From: Synechococcales cyanobacterium VAR_4_metabat_354
Lineage (GTDB): Bacteria > Cyanobacteriota > Cyanobacteriia > Cyanobacteriales > Chamaesiphonaceae
Length of the DNA: 24,008 bases
Direction of reading: 5' to 3'
Assembly: GCA_031414775.1 (NCBI GenBank)
Contig: JANOQI010000014.1
Location: 1-24,008, forward strand
The notes beneath the pieces are model-generated. The model was given only the letters and a program-made list of their open reading frames with translations, searched no databases and was not told the DNA's origin. Each line of letters opens with the position of its first letter. The stretch's first letter is position 1. The position numbers and the translations under genes were made by a program. This document shows, one piece after another, positions 9,407-17,039 of the stretch.

Positions 9407-9908
9407 GAAAACTGGTCATAACTGCGCCCAATGCTCCAAGCTGGGGAACACTGAAGCCCAGGCTAAACCTTGCTGGGACGGGGAGATATGTCCGAATCGT
9501 CGTTATTACCATCGCAATAAACAGAGGATTAGCCTGGAGCGAAAGGTGAATCGTTCTGCTTTGGCTACCACCGATCGATCTACTAATCAAAAAGGTCAGC
9601 TTCGGACTATAATCATCGATCCCCCCGTTGGCATCACAGCCAGCATCATATTTTATCGAGAGCGTCGGGACGCGCCGGTTCATGCGATCGCTGCTGAGGT
9701 TTGGCAAGGCGGTAAGGGCAAGGTGTTGTCGGTACAGCCGCTGCACTGTATGGGTTTATCTCCAGGTCAGGTGGTAGAGCTGATGGCTAATATTTTGCAA
9801 TCTTGTTCGAGTGATCTGGGGGTGGAGCTGACTAAGTTTGCCCACCGAATTGAGTTACATCCCAGCCAATGTCCGATTATTCCCTGTCCGCTATGCCCCA
9901 ACAGTTAG
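9399..9908 (+). CDS. Cys-rich (probable Zn-binding) hypothetical protein
   Basis: Overlaps the beta-CASP stop by 8 bp; CAQC...C...C at the N-terminus, CPIIPCPLC at the C-terminus. Confidence 0.8.
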   Translation: MPKKTGHNCAQCSKLGNTEAQAKPCWDGEICPNRRYYHRNKQRISLERKVNRSALATTDRSTNQKGQLRTIIIDPPVGITASIIFYRERRDAPVHAIAAEVWQGGKGKVLSVQPLHCMGLSPGQVVELMANILQSCSSDLGVELTKFAHRIELHPSQCPIIPCPLCPNS

Positions 9909-10525
9909 AGCTAGATTTATGGCAGATTTTGGCGGCAGCTCAGGATAAACCAGCGGCGGCTAGCATGGTGATTCTTTGCAGTCATTTGGAAGGCTTGGAC
10001 CTGATTGATGGGGCACGAGCGATCGGTGAACTGGGTGAGATCTATCGGTCCAGGGCTGAAATAACCTTATCGGAAATTGCGGCGGCTTATTTACCTGAGC
10101 AGGAACCGATCGTTGATGATGAGCTGTGGGCGCACTTGTTGCAGCGAATTTTTGTGCTCAGGGACGAGCATTTGTACCTGGAACCGGAGCATGACTACCC
10201 GGAGTCGCGGCAGTCGGTGATTAAGTTGGGGGTAGAGGCCGATGAATTGATTTCTGATGAGTTGCAGAAGGCTGAAGTAGCACGGCAGATTCTGGGGAAT
10301 GCCCATAGTGAAGATGTGGAATTGTGGACAGCAAAGATTCGATCGGCGATGGCTAATTGCGGTGAGATGAGGTTGCTGGAATTGCAGCGGCGCTCTGGGT
10401 TATCCTTGGTCGATGTGTGGCTAGGGTTACTCTTGGGCGACACTAGCTGCTTGGTGCGGCGGCGGTCTTGGGGTGTTGTGGAGGGCGAGGGTTTCTATGC
10501 GGTGGGTGGGCTTTGGGTTAAGTAG
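9893..10525 (+). CDS. Hypothetical protein (~210 aa) with possible C-terminal winged helix
   Basis: ATG at 9893 (MPQQLELDLW...) overlaps the end of the previous gene; alternative start 9869. Coding status is supported by the conserved paralog at 19611-20093. Confidence 0.8.
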   Translation: MPQQLELDLWQILAAAQDKPAAASMVILCSHLEGLDLIDGARAIGELGEIYRSRAEITLSEIAAAYLPEQEPIVDDELWAHLLQRIFVLRDEHLYLEPEHDYPESRQSVIKLGVEADELISDELQKAEVARQILGNAHSEDVELWTAKIRSAMANCGEMRLLELQRRSGLSLVDVWLGLLLGDTSCLVRRRSWGVVEGEGFYAVGGLWVK

Positions 10526-10572
10526 GCTGACGTGGGAAGTTTAATCTGACACTGTTCACTTTTTCAGTAAAA

Positions 10573-10588
10573 GTCAGTTTTTACACTT
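10573..10588 (+). repeat. Direct repeat copy 2 (gtcagtttttacactt), candidate att site
   Basis: Matches 4036-4050; lies 47 bp after the last gene of the beta-CASP operon. Confidence 0.4.
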
Positions 10589-10716
10589 CACAAAGAAATA
10601 CGCTTATATAATTAGGGGTTCGTTGGTTTACTGTATGGCGCTTGAAAACTATGTGAGTTTTTCTTACGACTTCACTGGACTCAAGGATCGACTTTAGTAC
10701 CAAGCTTGGAGTATCT

Positions 10717-10944
10717 TTATTTTCTAATGGATTGAATCGAATTTGATTGGAGTGAATACTCTCCTGCTTTCAATGCTGCGATCACAATGAAGTAATCGTT
10801 CTTGAGTAGTTGCCGCAGGTAGTCTGCACTAGGACGATTACCACTATAAGTCTCAACCTCATCGAACGTTTCACCAAAGGTCGCCAATAGAGCTTCCATT
10901 AAGGCAACATCATCCGACACAAGCTGTTGAATTGTTAAGTTCAC
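10717..10944 (-). pseudogene. aac(3)-I: Truncated AAC(3)-I-like aminoglycoside N-acetyltransferase (GNAT)
   Basis: GGAG RBS plus GTG start. First ~62 aa (DDVALMEALLATFGETFDEVETYSGNRPSADYLRQLLKNDYFIVIAAL) align by eye with AAC(3)-Ia ([47 protein letters not shown]); similarity then stops and the acetyl-CoA-binding motif is absent. Confidence 0.75.
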
Positions 10945-10959
10945 TGGTACTCCTAAGCT

Positions 10960-11067
10960 GCATAACGATAAAAATTATTCACCTGTAAACCACACTGGCG
11001 TAGCTCAAGATCATCAGCAAATATGTCGAACTCAGGTAAAAAGGTTAATTGCAGCAGAATGTTAGCA
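10960..11067 (-). other. Degenerate attC-like site upstream of the aac(3)-I-like gene
   Basis: Minus strand: TGCTAAC-attctgctgcaattaacc...acaggtgaataatttttatc-GTTATGC, then the RBS and start within 16 bp. Inner arms pair poorly. Confidence 0.45.
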
Positions 11068-11076
11068 TTCTGCTGC
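11051..11076. terminator. Perfect 11-bp hairpin downstream of the YciI gene (terminator or stabilising stem)
   Basis: gcagcagaatg-ttag-cattctgctgc; no immediate U-tract. Confidence 0.4.
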
Positions 11077-11097
11077 GGTGAGAGGATCTTACAAATT

Positions 11098-11511
11098 TTA
11101 AAGTTGTTCGGCTGCCTTGCGGATTCGTTCTTCCTGCTCCTGAAGTTCGGGGGTGAAAGGTGCTCCAAAGTCTTCGGCTGCAAAGATTGATCGAATCTCT
11201 AGTTCAGATTCTTGCATGGGACAACATTTGACCCATTCGATCGCTTCTGCCATCGATTGTACTTGCCATAGCCAAAATCCGGCAATTAGCTCCTTTGTCT
11301 CAGCAAATGGCCCATCGGTTATAGTTCGATTTGCACCTGAAAACTTGACCCGCACTCCTTTTAAACTGGGATGCAGTCCTTCGCCAGCGAGCATAATTTC
11401 TGCTTTGACCAATTCTTCGTTGTAGTTGCCCATGTCAGTCAGAATCTGTTCGCTGGGCATAATTCCTGCTTCTGAGTCCGCGCTCGCTTTGACAATTACC
11501 ATGATTTTCAT
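11098..11511 (-). CDS. YciI/DGPF-domain protein
   Basis: AGEGLHPS...TDGPFAETKELIAGFWLWQV motif. Confidence 0.92.
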   Translation of the reverse strand: MKIMVIVKASADSEAGIMPSEQILTDMGNYNEELVKAEIMLAGEGLHPSLKGVRVKFSGANRTITDGPFAETKELIAGFWLWQVQSMAEAIEWVKCCPMQESELEIRSIFAAEDFGAPFTPELQEQEERIRKAAEQL

Positions 11512-11576
11512 CGTGAAATCTCCGGTTATTTACTTGGTTTCTAGATTGGGGAATTTTAAATCTGTGAATCGAATGG

Positions 11577-11987
11577 TTAGGTAGCTATAAAACAATTAAT
11601 CATCCACGGAGTACCAAAGTGATCGACAACCATGCCAAAACGGTCAGCCCAAAAGGTTTTCTCAAAAGGCATCTTGACTGTGCCGTTTTCTGCCAATGCG
11701 TTAAATATCCGCTCTCCTTCCTCCACATTGTCAAATTGGAGATTCACATTAAAACCTTGGGGTTTTTCAAAGTATTCAGGCGGACAGTCAGCACCCATGA
11801 ATACCAGATCGCCCACAGTTAAGTGAACATGCATAATTTTATTCAGTTGTTCGGGGGGTGTTTGTTCTGCCATTGGTGATGCTCCGTAGCGCATCATTGC
11901 GGTGATTTTGCCACCCAGACATTGCTCATAGAACTTAAATGCGGCTTGACAGTCACCGTTGAAATTGAGATAAGTATTAGATTGCAT
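11577..11987 (-). CDS. VOC superfamily PhnB-like protein
   Basis: YLNFNGDCQAAFKFYEQCLGG...IMH...MGAD...TFWADRFGMVVDHFGTPWMIN. Confidence 0.9.
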   Translation of the reverse strand: MQSNTYLNFNGDCQAAFKFYEQCLGGKITAMMRYGASPMAEQTPPEQLNKIMHVHLTVGDLVFMGADCPPEYFEKPQGFNVNLQFDNVEEGERIFNALAENGTVKMPFEKTFWADRFGMVVDHFGTPWMINCFIAT

Positions 11988-12038
11988 AATAGACTCCTTT
12001 TTGTTAATTGAATGATATTTCTAATGGTTTGATATGGT

Positions 12039-12512
12039 TTAGGAAGAGTAAGCTCGCTTCAAGGTTGCTATGTCAAGCTTGTCCATTTTAAACATTGCCT
12101 CCATGACTTTCTTGGATTTCTCAGCATCTTTATCCTGCTGCAACATCTCGCCCAAAATAGTAGGGACAATTTGCCATGAAACTCCAAACTTGTCATCCAG
12201 CCAACCGCATTGGTTTGTTTTCCCGCCTTCGGAAAGCTTCTCCCACAATTCATCTATTTCTGCTTGCGTCTCACAGTTGACAAAAAATGATATTGCAGGG
12301 GAGAAAGTAAATTGTGGGCCACCATTTAATACTATAAATTCTTGCCCGTGGAGTTCAAATATCGCAGACATAACTGTTCCACTTACTCCAGACCCTGCCT
12401 CGCCATAACGTGTGACGTTAATAATCTTTGAATTTTTAAATATAGAAACATAAAAATTCATCGCCTCTTCAGCTTTACTGTCAAACCATAAGAATGGGGT
12501 AATTTTCTGCAT
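12039..12512 (-). CDS. VOC superfamily protein (3-demethylubiquinone-9 3-methyltransferase/PhnB-like family)
   Basis: MQKITPFLWFD...AEEAMNFYVSIF...LNGGP.F...QCGWLDDKFGVSWQIVP. Confidence 0.92.
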   Translation of the reverse strand: MQKITPFLWFDSKAEEAMNFYVSIFKNSKIINVTRYGEAGSGVSGTVMSAIFELHGQEFIVLNGGPQFTFSPAISFFVNCETQAEIDELWEKLSEGGKTNQCGWLDDKFGVSWQIVPTILGEMLQQDKDAEKSKKVMEAMFKMDKLDIATLKRAYSS

Positions 12513-12548
12513 GGTAGTCTCCTATTAATTTGAAATTAGTATTGCTTT

Positions 12549-12956
12549 CTATGCTTGTTCGGTTTCACTTTTTTCCATGAAAAAGATTTCCCAAATATGA
12601 CCATCTAAATCCTGGAATCCATGTTGGTACATAAAACCCATGTCATTTGGTTCTTTGTAAGTGCTGCCGCCAGCCGCGATTGCCTTGCGAACTATTTCAT
12701 CAACTGCTGCTCGACTCTCGAAAGACAAGGCCACAAGTACTTCTACACTTTTGATTGTGTCGCAAATTTCTTTGGGGACAAATGTCTTGAAAAATTTCTC
12801 AACCAGTAGCATCACAAATATATTTTCACTTACAATCATGCAAGTAGCATTTTCGTCTGTAAATTTGGGATTAAATTTATAGCCGAGTTTAGTGAAGAAT
12901 TCTACAGATTTATTGAGATCTTTGACCGGAAGGTTTACGAAAATTTGAGTAGACAT
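12549..12956 (-). CDS. VOC/glyoxalase-bleomycin-resistance family protein
   Basis: IFVNLPVKDLNKSVEFFTKLG...FNPKFTDE...GFMY...FQDLDGHIWE. Confidence 0.92.
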   Translation of the reverse strand: MSTQIFVNLPVKDLNKSVEFFTKLGYKFNPKFTDENATCMIVSENIFVMLLVEKFFKTFVPKEICDTIKSVEVLVALSFESRAAVDEIVRKAIAAGGSTYKEPNDMGFMYQHGFQDLDGHIWEIFFMEKSETEQA

Positions 12957-13008
12957 AGCTTTCTCCTGTGAATAATTTAACTGAGCTTTAAATCTTTGCT
13001 CTACTACT

Positions 13009-13037
13009 TAGTCGAATGGGGATTCGATAGATCGACA
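13009..13037 (-). promoter_or_regulatory. Predicted ECF42-type promoter upstream of the VOC/YciI genes
   Basis: Minus strand TGTCGA-tctatcgaatccccatt(17)-CGACTA; same architecture as 13997-14025. Confidence 0.75.
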
Positions 13038-13070
13038 AGTTAAGCATATTTTTTCTGAAAAATTTGGTAG

Positions 13071-13430
13071 TTATTTGTCTAATGGCTTCCCCACTAGTTC
13101 GACAATCGGGCGAATTTCAACGGTGCCTTTACTAGCAGAGGGAATGCGTTCGGCGATCGAAATAGCTTCATCAAGATCCTGTGCTTCAATTAGAAAGTAG
13201 CCCCCAAGTTGTTCGCGAGTTTCGGCAAATGGCCCGTCTGTCACCAGTTTTTTGCCGTCGCGCACCCGCACACTAGTCGCCATCGCAATGGAATGGAGCG
13301 GCGCAGCACCCAAGTATTGACCGTTGGCATTTAGCTCGTGGGTGAGTTGGACAGAATCCCCATAGCATTTCTCCATCTCATTCTGTGTCCAGGCATTTTC
13401 GTCACTATAAATGAGCAACATATATTTCAT
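13071..13430 (-). CDS. YciI/DGPF-domain protein
   Basis: MKYMLLIY...ATSVRVRDGKKLVTDGPFAETREQLGGYFLIEA. Confidence 0.92.
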   Translation of the reverse strand: MKYMLLIYSDENAWTQNEMEKCYGDSVQLTHELNANGQYLGAAPLHSIAMATSVRVRDGKKLVTDGPFAETREQLGGYFLIEAQDLDEAISIAERIPSASKGTVEIRPIVELVGKPLDK

Positions 13431-13467
13431 GTTTGTCTCCTGAATATTATTGAATAGTTACGATGAG

Positions 13468-13944
13468 TTACTGCCGCCGATAATGTGCTGTCATAAAATG
13501 ATTCCAGTTGCCATCTTCCATTAAGATTTGAGACTTCATTACCCGATGGTCGTCGCTGACAAACTCGATAATATTCTGGTATTTTGCAATCGCAGTCTGA
13601 CTAAAGTTTGGGCCTTCTGTGTCCAGCGTTAACACTTTTTCCGTCGCATCGAGAGAGCCGTTGTATAGCCACAGATGAGTCATCATCGAGCCGACAAACG
13701 TACCGATAAAGCGATCTAACTGCGCATCGAAACCCAGTGTCATCATCGTTGTTCCTATACCACCATCGGGCAGATTGCCCGTGCCTTCGGCGACAATCCA
13801 CACGCCACCGATCGATCTCACGACTTCGGTTCCGGTGGACTTGGTGGGTTCTCCATTGGGTTCCATACTATACTCAGTTTCGACCGTCCATTCACCGATG
13901 AATTTATCTAGCCATTGGTGTTGTTTTTGATGTGCTACATTCAT
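13468..13944 (-). CDS. DUF1579 family protein
   Basis: HQWLDKFIGEW...GTEVVRSIGGVWIVAEG...MTLGFD...FVGSMMTHLWLYNG. Confidence 0.8.
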   Translation of the reverse strand: MNVAHQKQHQWLDKFIGEWTVETEYSMEPNGEPTKSTGTEVVRSIGGVWIVAEGTGNLPDGGIGTTMMTLGFDAQLDRFIGTFVGSMMTHLWLYNGSLDATEKVLTLDTEGPNFSQTAIAKYQNIIEFVSDDHRVMKSQILMEDGNWNHFMTAHYRRQ

Positions 13945-13996
13945 TGTTTTGCTCCTAAATGATGAGAAATGTCGTTCTCAACTCGCCTTCATTAAA

Positions 13997-14025
13997 TAGT
14001 CGTTTGGCAAGACTCTCGATCGACA
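13997..14025 (-). promoter_or_regulatory. Predicted ECF42-type promoter upstream of DUF1579-YciI
   Basis: Minus strand TGTCGA-tcgagagtcttgccaaa(17)-CGACTA. Confidence 0.75.
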
Positions 14026-14042
14026 GATCTTCAAAAATTCTT

Positions 14043-15287
14043 TTAGCCCAACTCCCGCAGGCGTTTTTGGAGAAATCGTCGTTCTGGTTCTTGCTTCGCC
14101 AGAGCTAGAGCCTGTTGATAAGCCGATCTAGCCTCATCAATTCTGCCCAATCTTCTACAGAAATCGGCTCGTGCTGCGTGAGCCAGATGGTAGTCAGTTA
14201 GATCGCCCCGTACTAAAATGTTGTCGATCTGCTCTAACCCCACTACAAAGCCATCTCGCATCGCCACCGCCACTGCTCGATTCAATTCCACGATCGGCGA
14301 TGGCTCGGCTTGAATTAGTAGATCGTATAGAGCTACAATCTGCGCCCAGTCAGTTGCAGCAGCAATTGCCGCCTCTGAGTGCACTGCGGCGATCGCCGTT
14401 TGAAGTGTATACGAACCAACCTGTGCAGATGATAGTGATCTCTGTACGAGCATCCTACCTTCAACGATCTGTGCTTGGTTCCAAAGCGATCGATCTTGAT
14501 CTTCCAGCAGGATAATATCGCCTTTAGATGAAGTTCGAGCATTGCGTCGCGATTCTTGCAACAGCATCAGGGCAAGAAGTCCGATCGCTTCGGCATCTGG
14601 TAACAGTTCTACAACCAATCGTCCCAACCGGATCGCTTCATCAGCAAGATCCGATCGTGTCAGTGACGTGCCAGAAGAAGCCGCGTAACCTTCGTTAAAC
14701 ACTAAATAGATCGTTTGGAGTACCGTGTCCAATCGATCGGGCAGCTCGGTCAGTGACGGCACCTGATAGGGAATACCTGCGGTGCGGATCTTCGCCTTCG
14801 CCCGCACGATCCGCTGTGCCAATGTCGCAGGGCTAGTCAGAAAGGCACTGGCAATTTCTTCGGTGGTGAGTCCGCATACTTCCCGCAAGGTCAAGGCTAC
14901 TTGGGCTTCTGGGGACAGCGCGGGATGACAACAAGTGAAAATCAGACGTAATCGATCGTCTTCAACGTCTTCTTCATCTGGCAATGTGGTGTCATTTGCA
15001 TTGCTGTCTGGAGCGATTTCTGGCAAAAATGAGTCAAAACGGGTGCGCCGACGAATGGTATCGATCGCTTTGAAGCGTCCCGCTGAAACCAACCACGATC
15101 GCGGATTGGCAGGCATACCATCACGATGCCATTGCGTCACCGCTGCAGTAAATGCTTCATGCATTGCTTCTTCCGCGAGGTCAAAGTCACCCAGTAGGCG
15201 GATGAGAGTGGCGAAAACACGCCGCGACTCAGAGCGGTAGATCGCGTCCACCTGAGAACGGATTGGTTCGGCTACTTGCTGATTCAT
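14043..15287 (-). CDS. ECF42-type RNA polymerase sigma factor with C-terminal TPR extension
   Basis: Region 2 (DFDLAEEAMHEAF...W), DDRLRLIFTCCHPAL, region 4 (GLTTEEIASAFL...QRIVRAK), YLVFNEGY, TPR tail; neighbouring DGPF genes. Confidence 0.92.
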   Translation of the reverse strand: MNQQVAEPIRSQVDAIYRSESRRVFATLIRLLGDFDLAEEAMHEAFTAAVTQWHRDGMPANPRSWLVSAGRFKAIDTIRRRTRFDSFLPEIAPDSNANDTTLPDEEDVEDDRLRLIFTCCHPALSPEAQVALTLREVCGLTTEEIASAFLTSPATLAQRIVRAKAKIRTAGIPYQVPSLTELPDRLDTVLQTIYLVFNEGYAASSGTSLTRSDLADEAIRLGRLVVELLPDAEAIGLLALMLLQESRRNARTSSKGDIILLEDQDRSLWNQAQIVEGRMLVQRSLSSAQVGSYTLQTAIAAVHSEAAIAAATDWAQIVALYDLLIQAEPSPIVELNRAVAVAMRDGFVVGLEQIDNILVRGDLTDYHLAHAARADFCRRLGRIDEARSAYQQALALAKQEPERRFLQKRLRELG

Positions 15288-15434
15288 CAGTTGAAATTAC
15301 CGCTGGTAATTAGGCAACGAGCTTAAATTAATACAGTACTATTGTATCATCAAAGCCTTGATATTCAAACTCGATCGCCACAAACAGAATTAGACAATAT
15401 TAATTCTAGTCTCCTAGCAAAACGATAAAATTCT

Positions 15435-15962
15435 TCATTTAGTCACAGAGACAATGAACATTGCCGATGCAGCAAGAGCGGCTAACGTCCGAACGTGATT
15501 CCAGAATGTCCAATCGGTCAGGTATTTTGCCCATAGGGTTGCGCCCTCCAAACTGTCTGGCTTGACGATGGCCGTTCGCGAAGCGTCTCGAAGAGAAGGC
15601 AGGTCAGAGACCAACGCCAAAGCATTATTGAGCGGTACATTGCCGAGTATTGTCACCAGAATCGTGCCCACCAGATAGAGCAGGCTACCGATCAATAAAT
15701 AGATCATACTGGGTTGATGCCACTGTAGAAGGGCGGAAATAACTATAAACAAGCAAACTACAGCCGTTCCAAACAACGCCAACATAAACAGCGGATTAAT
15801 CGCTGTGATATTGATTGATTGCATGGCGGCAATCCCCTGAGTCGGTTGGAGTCGAGCGAGGGCAGGCATCACGAAAGTCGAGAAAGCGAAGAAGACTCCG
15901 GCAATTAGCCCACAGCCGATCGCCGCAGTAAAAGTCAGGAAGAAGAGATAATGATTGAACAT
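15435..15962 (-). CDS. DUF1772/anthrone oxygenase family membrane protein with an in-frame insertion
   Basis: GLIAGVFFAFSTFVMPAL...MQSIN...GNVPLNNAL...WTFWNHVRT. Confidence 0.88.
   Translation of the reverse strand: MFNHYLFFLTFTAAIGCGLIAGVFFAFSTFVMPALARLQPTQGIAAMQSINITAINPLFMLALFGTAVVCLFIVISALLQWHQPSMIYLLIGSLLYLVGTILVTILGNVPLNNALALVSDLPSLRDASRTAIVKPDSLEGATLWAKYLTDWTFWNHVRTLAALAASAMFIVSVTK
15574..15597 (+). repeat. Small dispersed repeat (24 nt, gttcgcgaagcgtctcgaagagaa) inserted in frame
   Basis: Shares the cgttcgcg-n-agcgtc core with the copies at 16867 and 17047; encodes part of PSLRDASRT. Confidence 0.65.
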
Positions 15963-15964
15963 AG

Positions 15965-16810
15965 TTAGTTACCTCCCCAGATACTAGTCGCAGCCGCTTG
16001 CCGCACATAGTCAGAGAAGTCGCGCGGCGGTCGTCTCAGGGCACACTGCGCGCCGTCGGCTAGCGGTGTATTCCGTCCGTCGAGCACAGTGGAGAATAAA
16101 TACAAAACTAGTTCGATGTAATCATCCGGCACACCTTGCCGCACCAGCTCCGCTCGGTAGTCCTCTGCTGAAATAGGGACGAACGTGATGTCCCATTCCG
16201 TCGCGCGGGCAATCTCGTCGATCGCTTCGGCGAAGGTTAAGGCTTTGGAGCCAGTAATCTCGTAAAGCTGGCGCGAGTGTTGTGGATCGGTGAGTGCGGC
16301 GAAAGCGATATCCGCAATATCCTCGACATCGACAAATGGCTCTGCAACTGACTCCATCACTGGCAAGACGACCTGCCCAGCCAAAATCGGATCGAGGAAA
16401 AAACTTTCGCTGAAGTTCTGACAGAACCAGCTCGCTCGCAAGATCGTCCAATCCACGTTAGTCGCCTGGAGTAACTGTTCCGCCTGTTCTGCTTCCACTT
16501 CTCCCCGACCTGAAAGTAGTACCAGTTTCTCAACGCCACTGGCGATCGCCCGATCGAAGAATGCCTCAACGGTTGCGAGGGCACCAGGCTCTGCTAGATC
16601 GGGTTGGTAGGCAACGTATGTAGCCTTCACGCCTTGGAGCACTGGCTCCCAAGTGTCCTGCTGCTCCCAGTCAAAAGGTAATTCTGTGGATCGCGATCCG
16701 ATTCGCACTTGGCGACCCGCTTTGAGCAGTCGATCTGCGACTCTTCGACCTGTCTTACCATTACCGCCGATAACGAGGGTGATGCCCTTACTCCAATGTT
16801 CGTTTTTCAT
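15965..16810 (-). CDS. NmrA-like/atypical SDR NAD(P)-binding protein
   Basis: ATG at 16810; Rossmann motif LVIGGNGKTGRRVA; WTILRASWFCQNF; PFVDVEDIADIA. Confidence 0.88.
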   Translation of the reverse strand: MKNEHWSKGITLVIGGNGKTGRRVADRLLKAGRQVRIGSRSTELPFDWEQQDTWEPVLQGVKATYVAYQPDLAEPGALATVEAFFDRAIASGVEKLVLLSGRGEVEAEQAEQLLQATNVDWTILRASWFCQNFSESFFLDPILAGQVVLPVMESVAEPFVDVEDIADIAFAALTDPQHSRQLYEITGSKALTFAEAIDEIARATEWDITFVPISAEDYRAELVRQGVPDDYIELVLYLFSTVLDGRNTPLADGAQCALRRPPRDFSDYVRQAAATSIWGGN

Positions 16811-16866
16811 TTTATTTATCCCCGTTAGCTCATAAAGAATGTGTAATCGGCGATTCAATTTCCTGT

Positions 16867-16896
16867 CGTTCGCGCAGCGTCAGCTTTGCTGAATCG
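16867..16896 (+). repeat. 30-nt dispersed repeat, left copy
   Basis: cgttcgcgcagcgtcagctttgctgaatcg; 29/30 identical to the reverse complement of 17047-17076. Confidence 0.9.
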
Positions 16897-17039
16897 ATTA
16901 CCATTCCAGCTTAGGCAAACGACCATTATTCAACTATCTAATTCTTGTGAAACTACCAAAATCTTGCGGGCAATTCCCAGCATGTTTGGGGAAATGCGAA
17001 AATGAAGATAATCAGATCTAGACGCATGGGGTTTATATC

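Noticed and set aside
9213..9746. 177-aa antisense ORF, and the other short nested ORFs in the track
   Set aside because: They are shadows of well-supported genes on the opposite strand or in another frame, with no motifs.
10953..11183. 76-aa ORF between YciI and aac(3)-I
   Set aside because: It overlaps YciI out of frame and runs through the hairpin/attC-like sequence; no recognisable motif.
16940..16966. AraC direct-repeat half sites (aattcttg / aaatcttg)
   Set aside because: Plausible, but short and 19 bp apart; too weak to call without homologous promoters.
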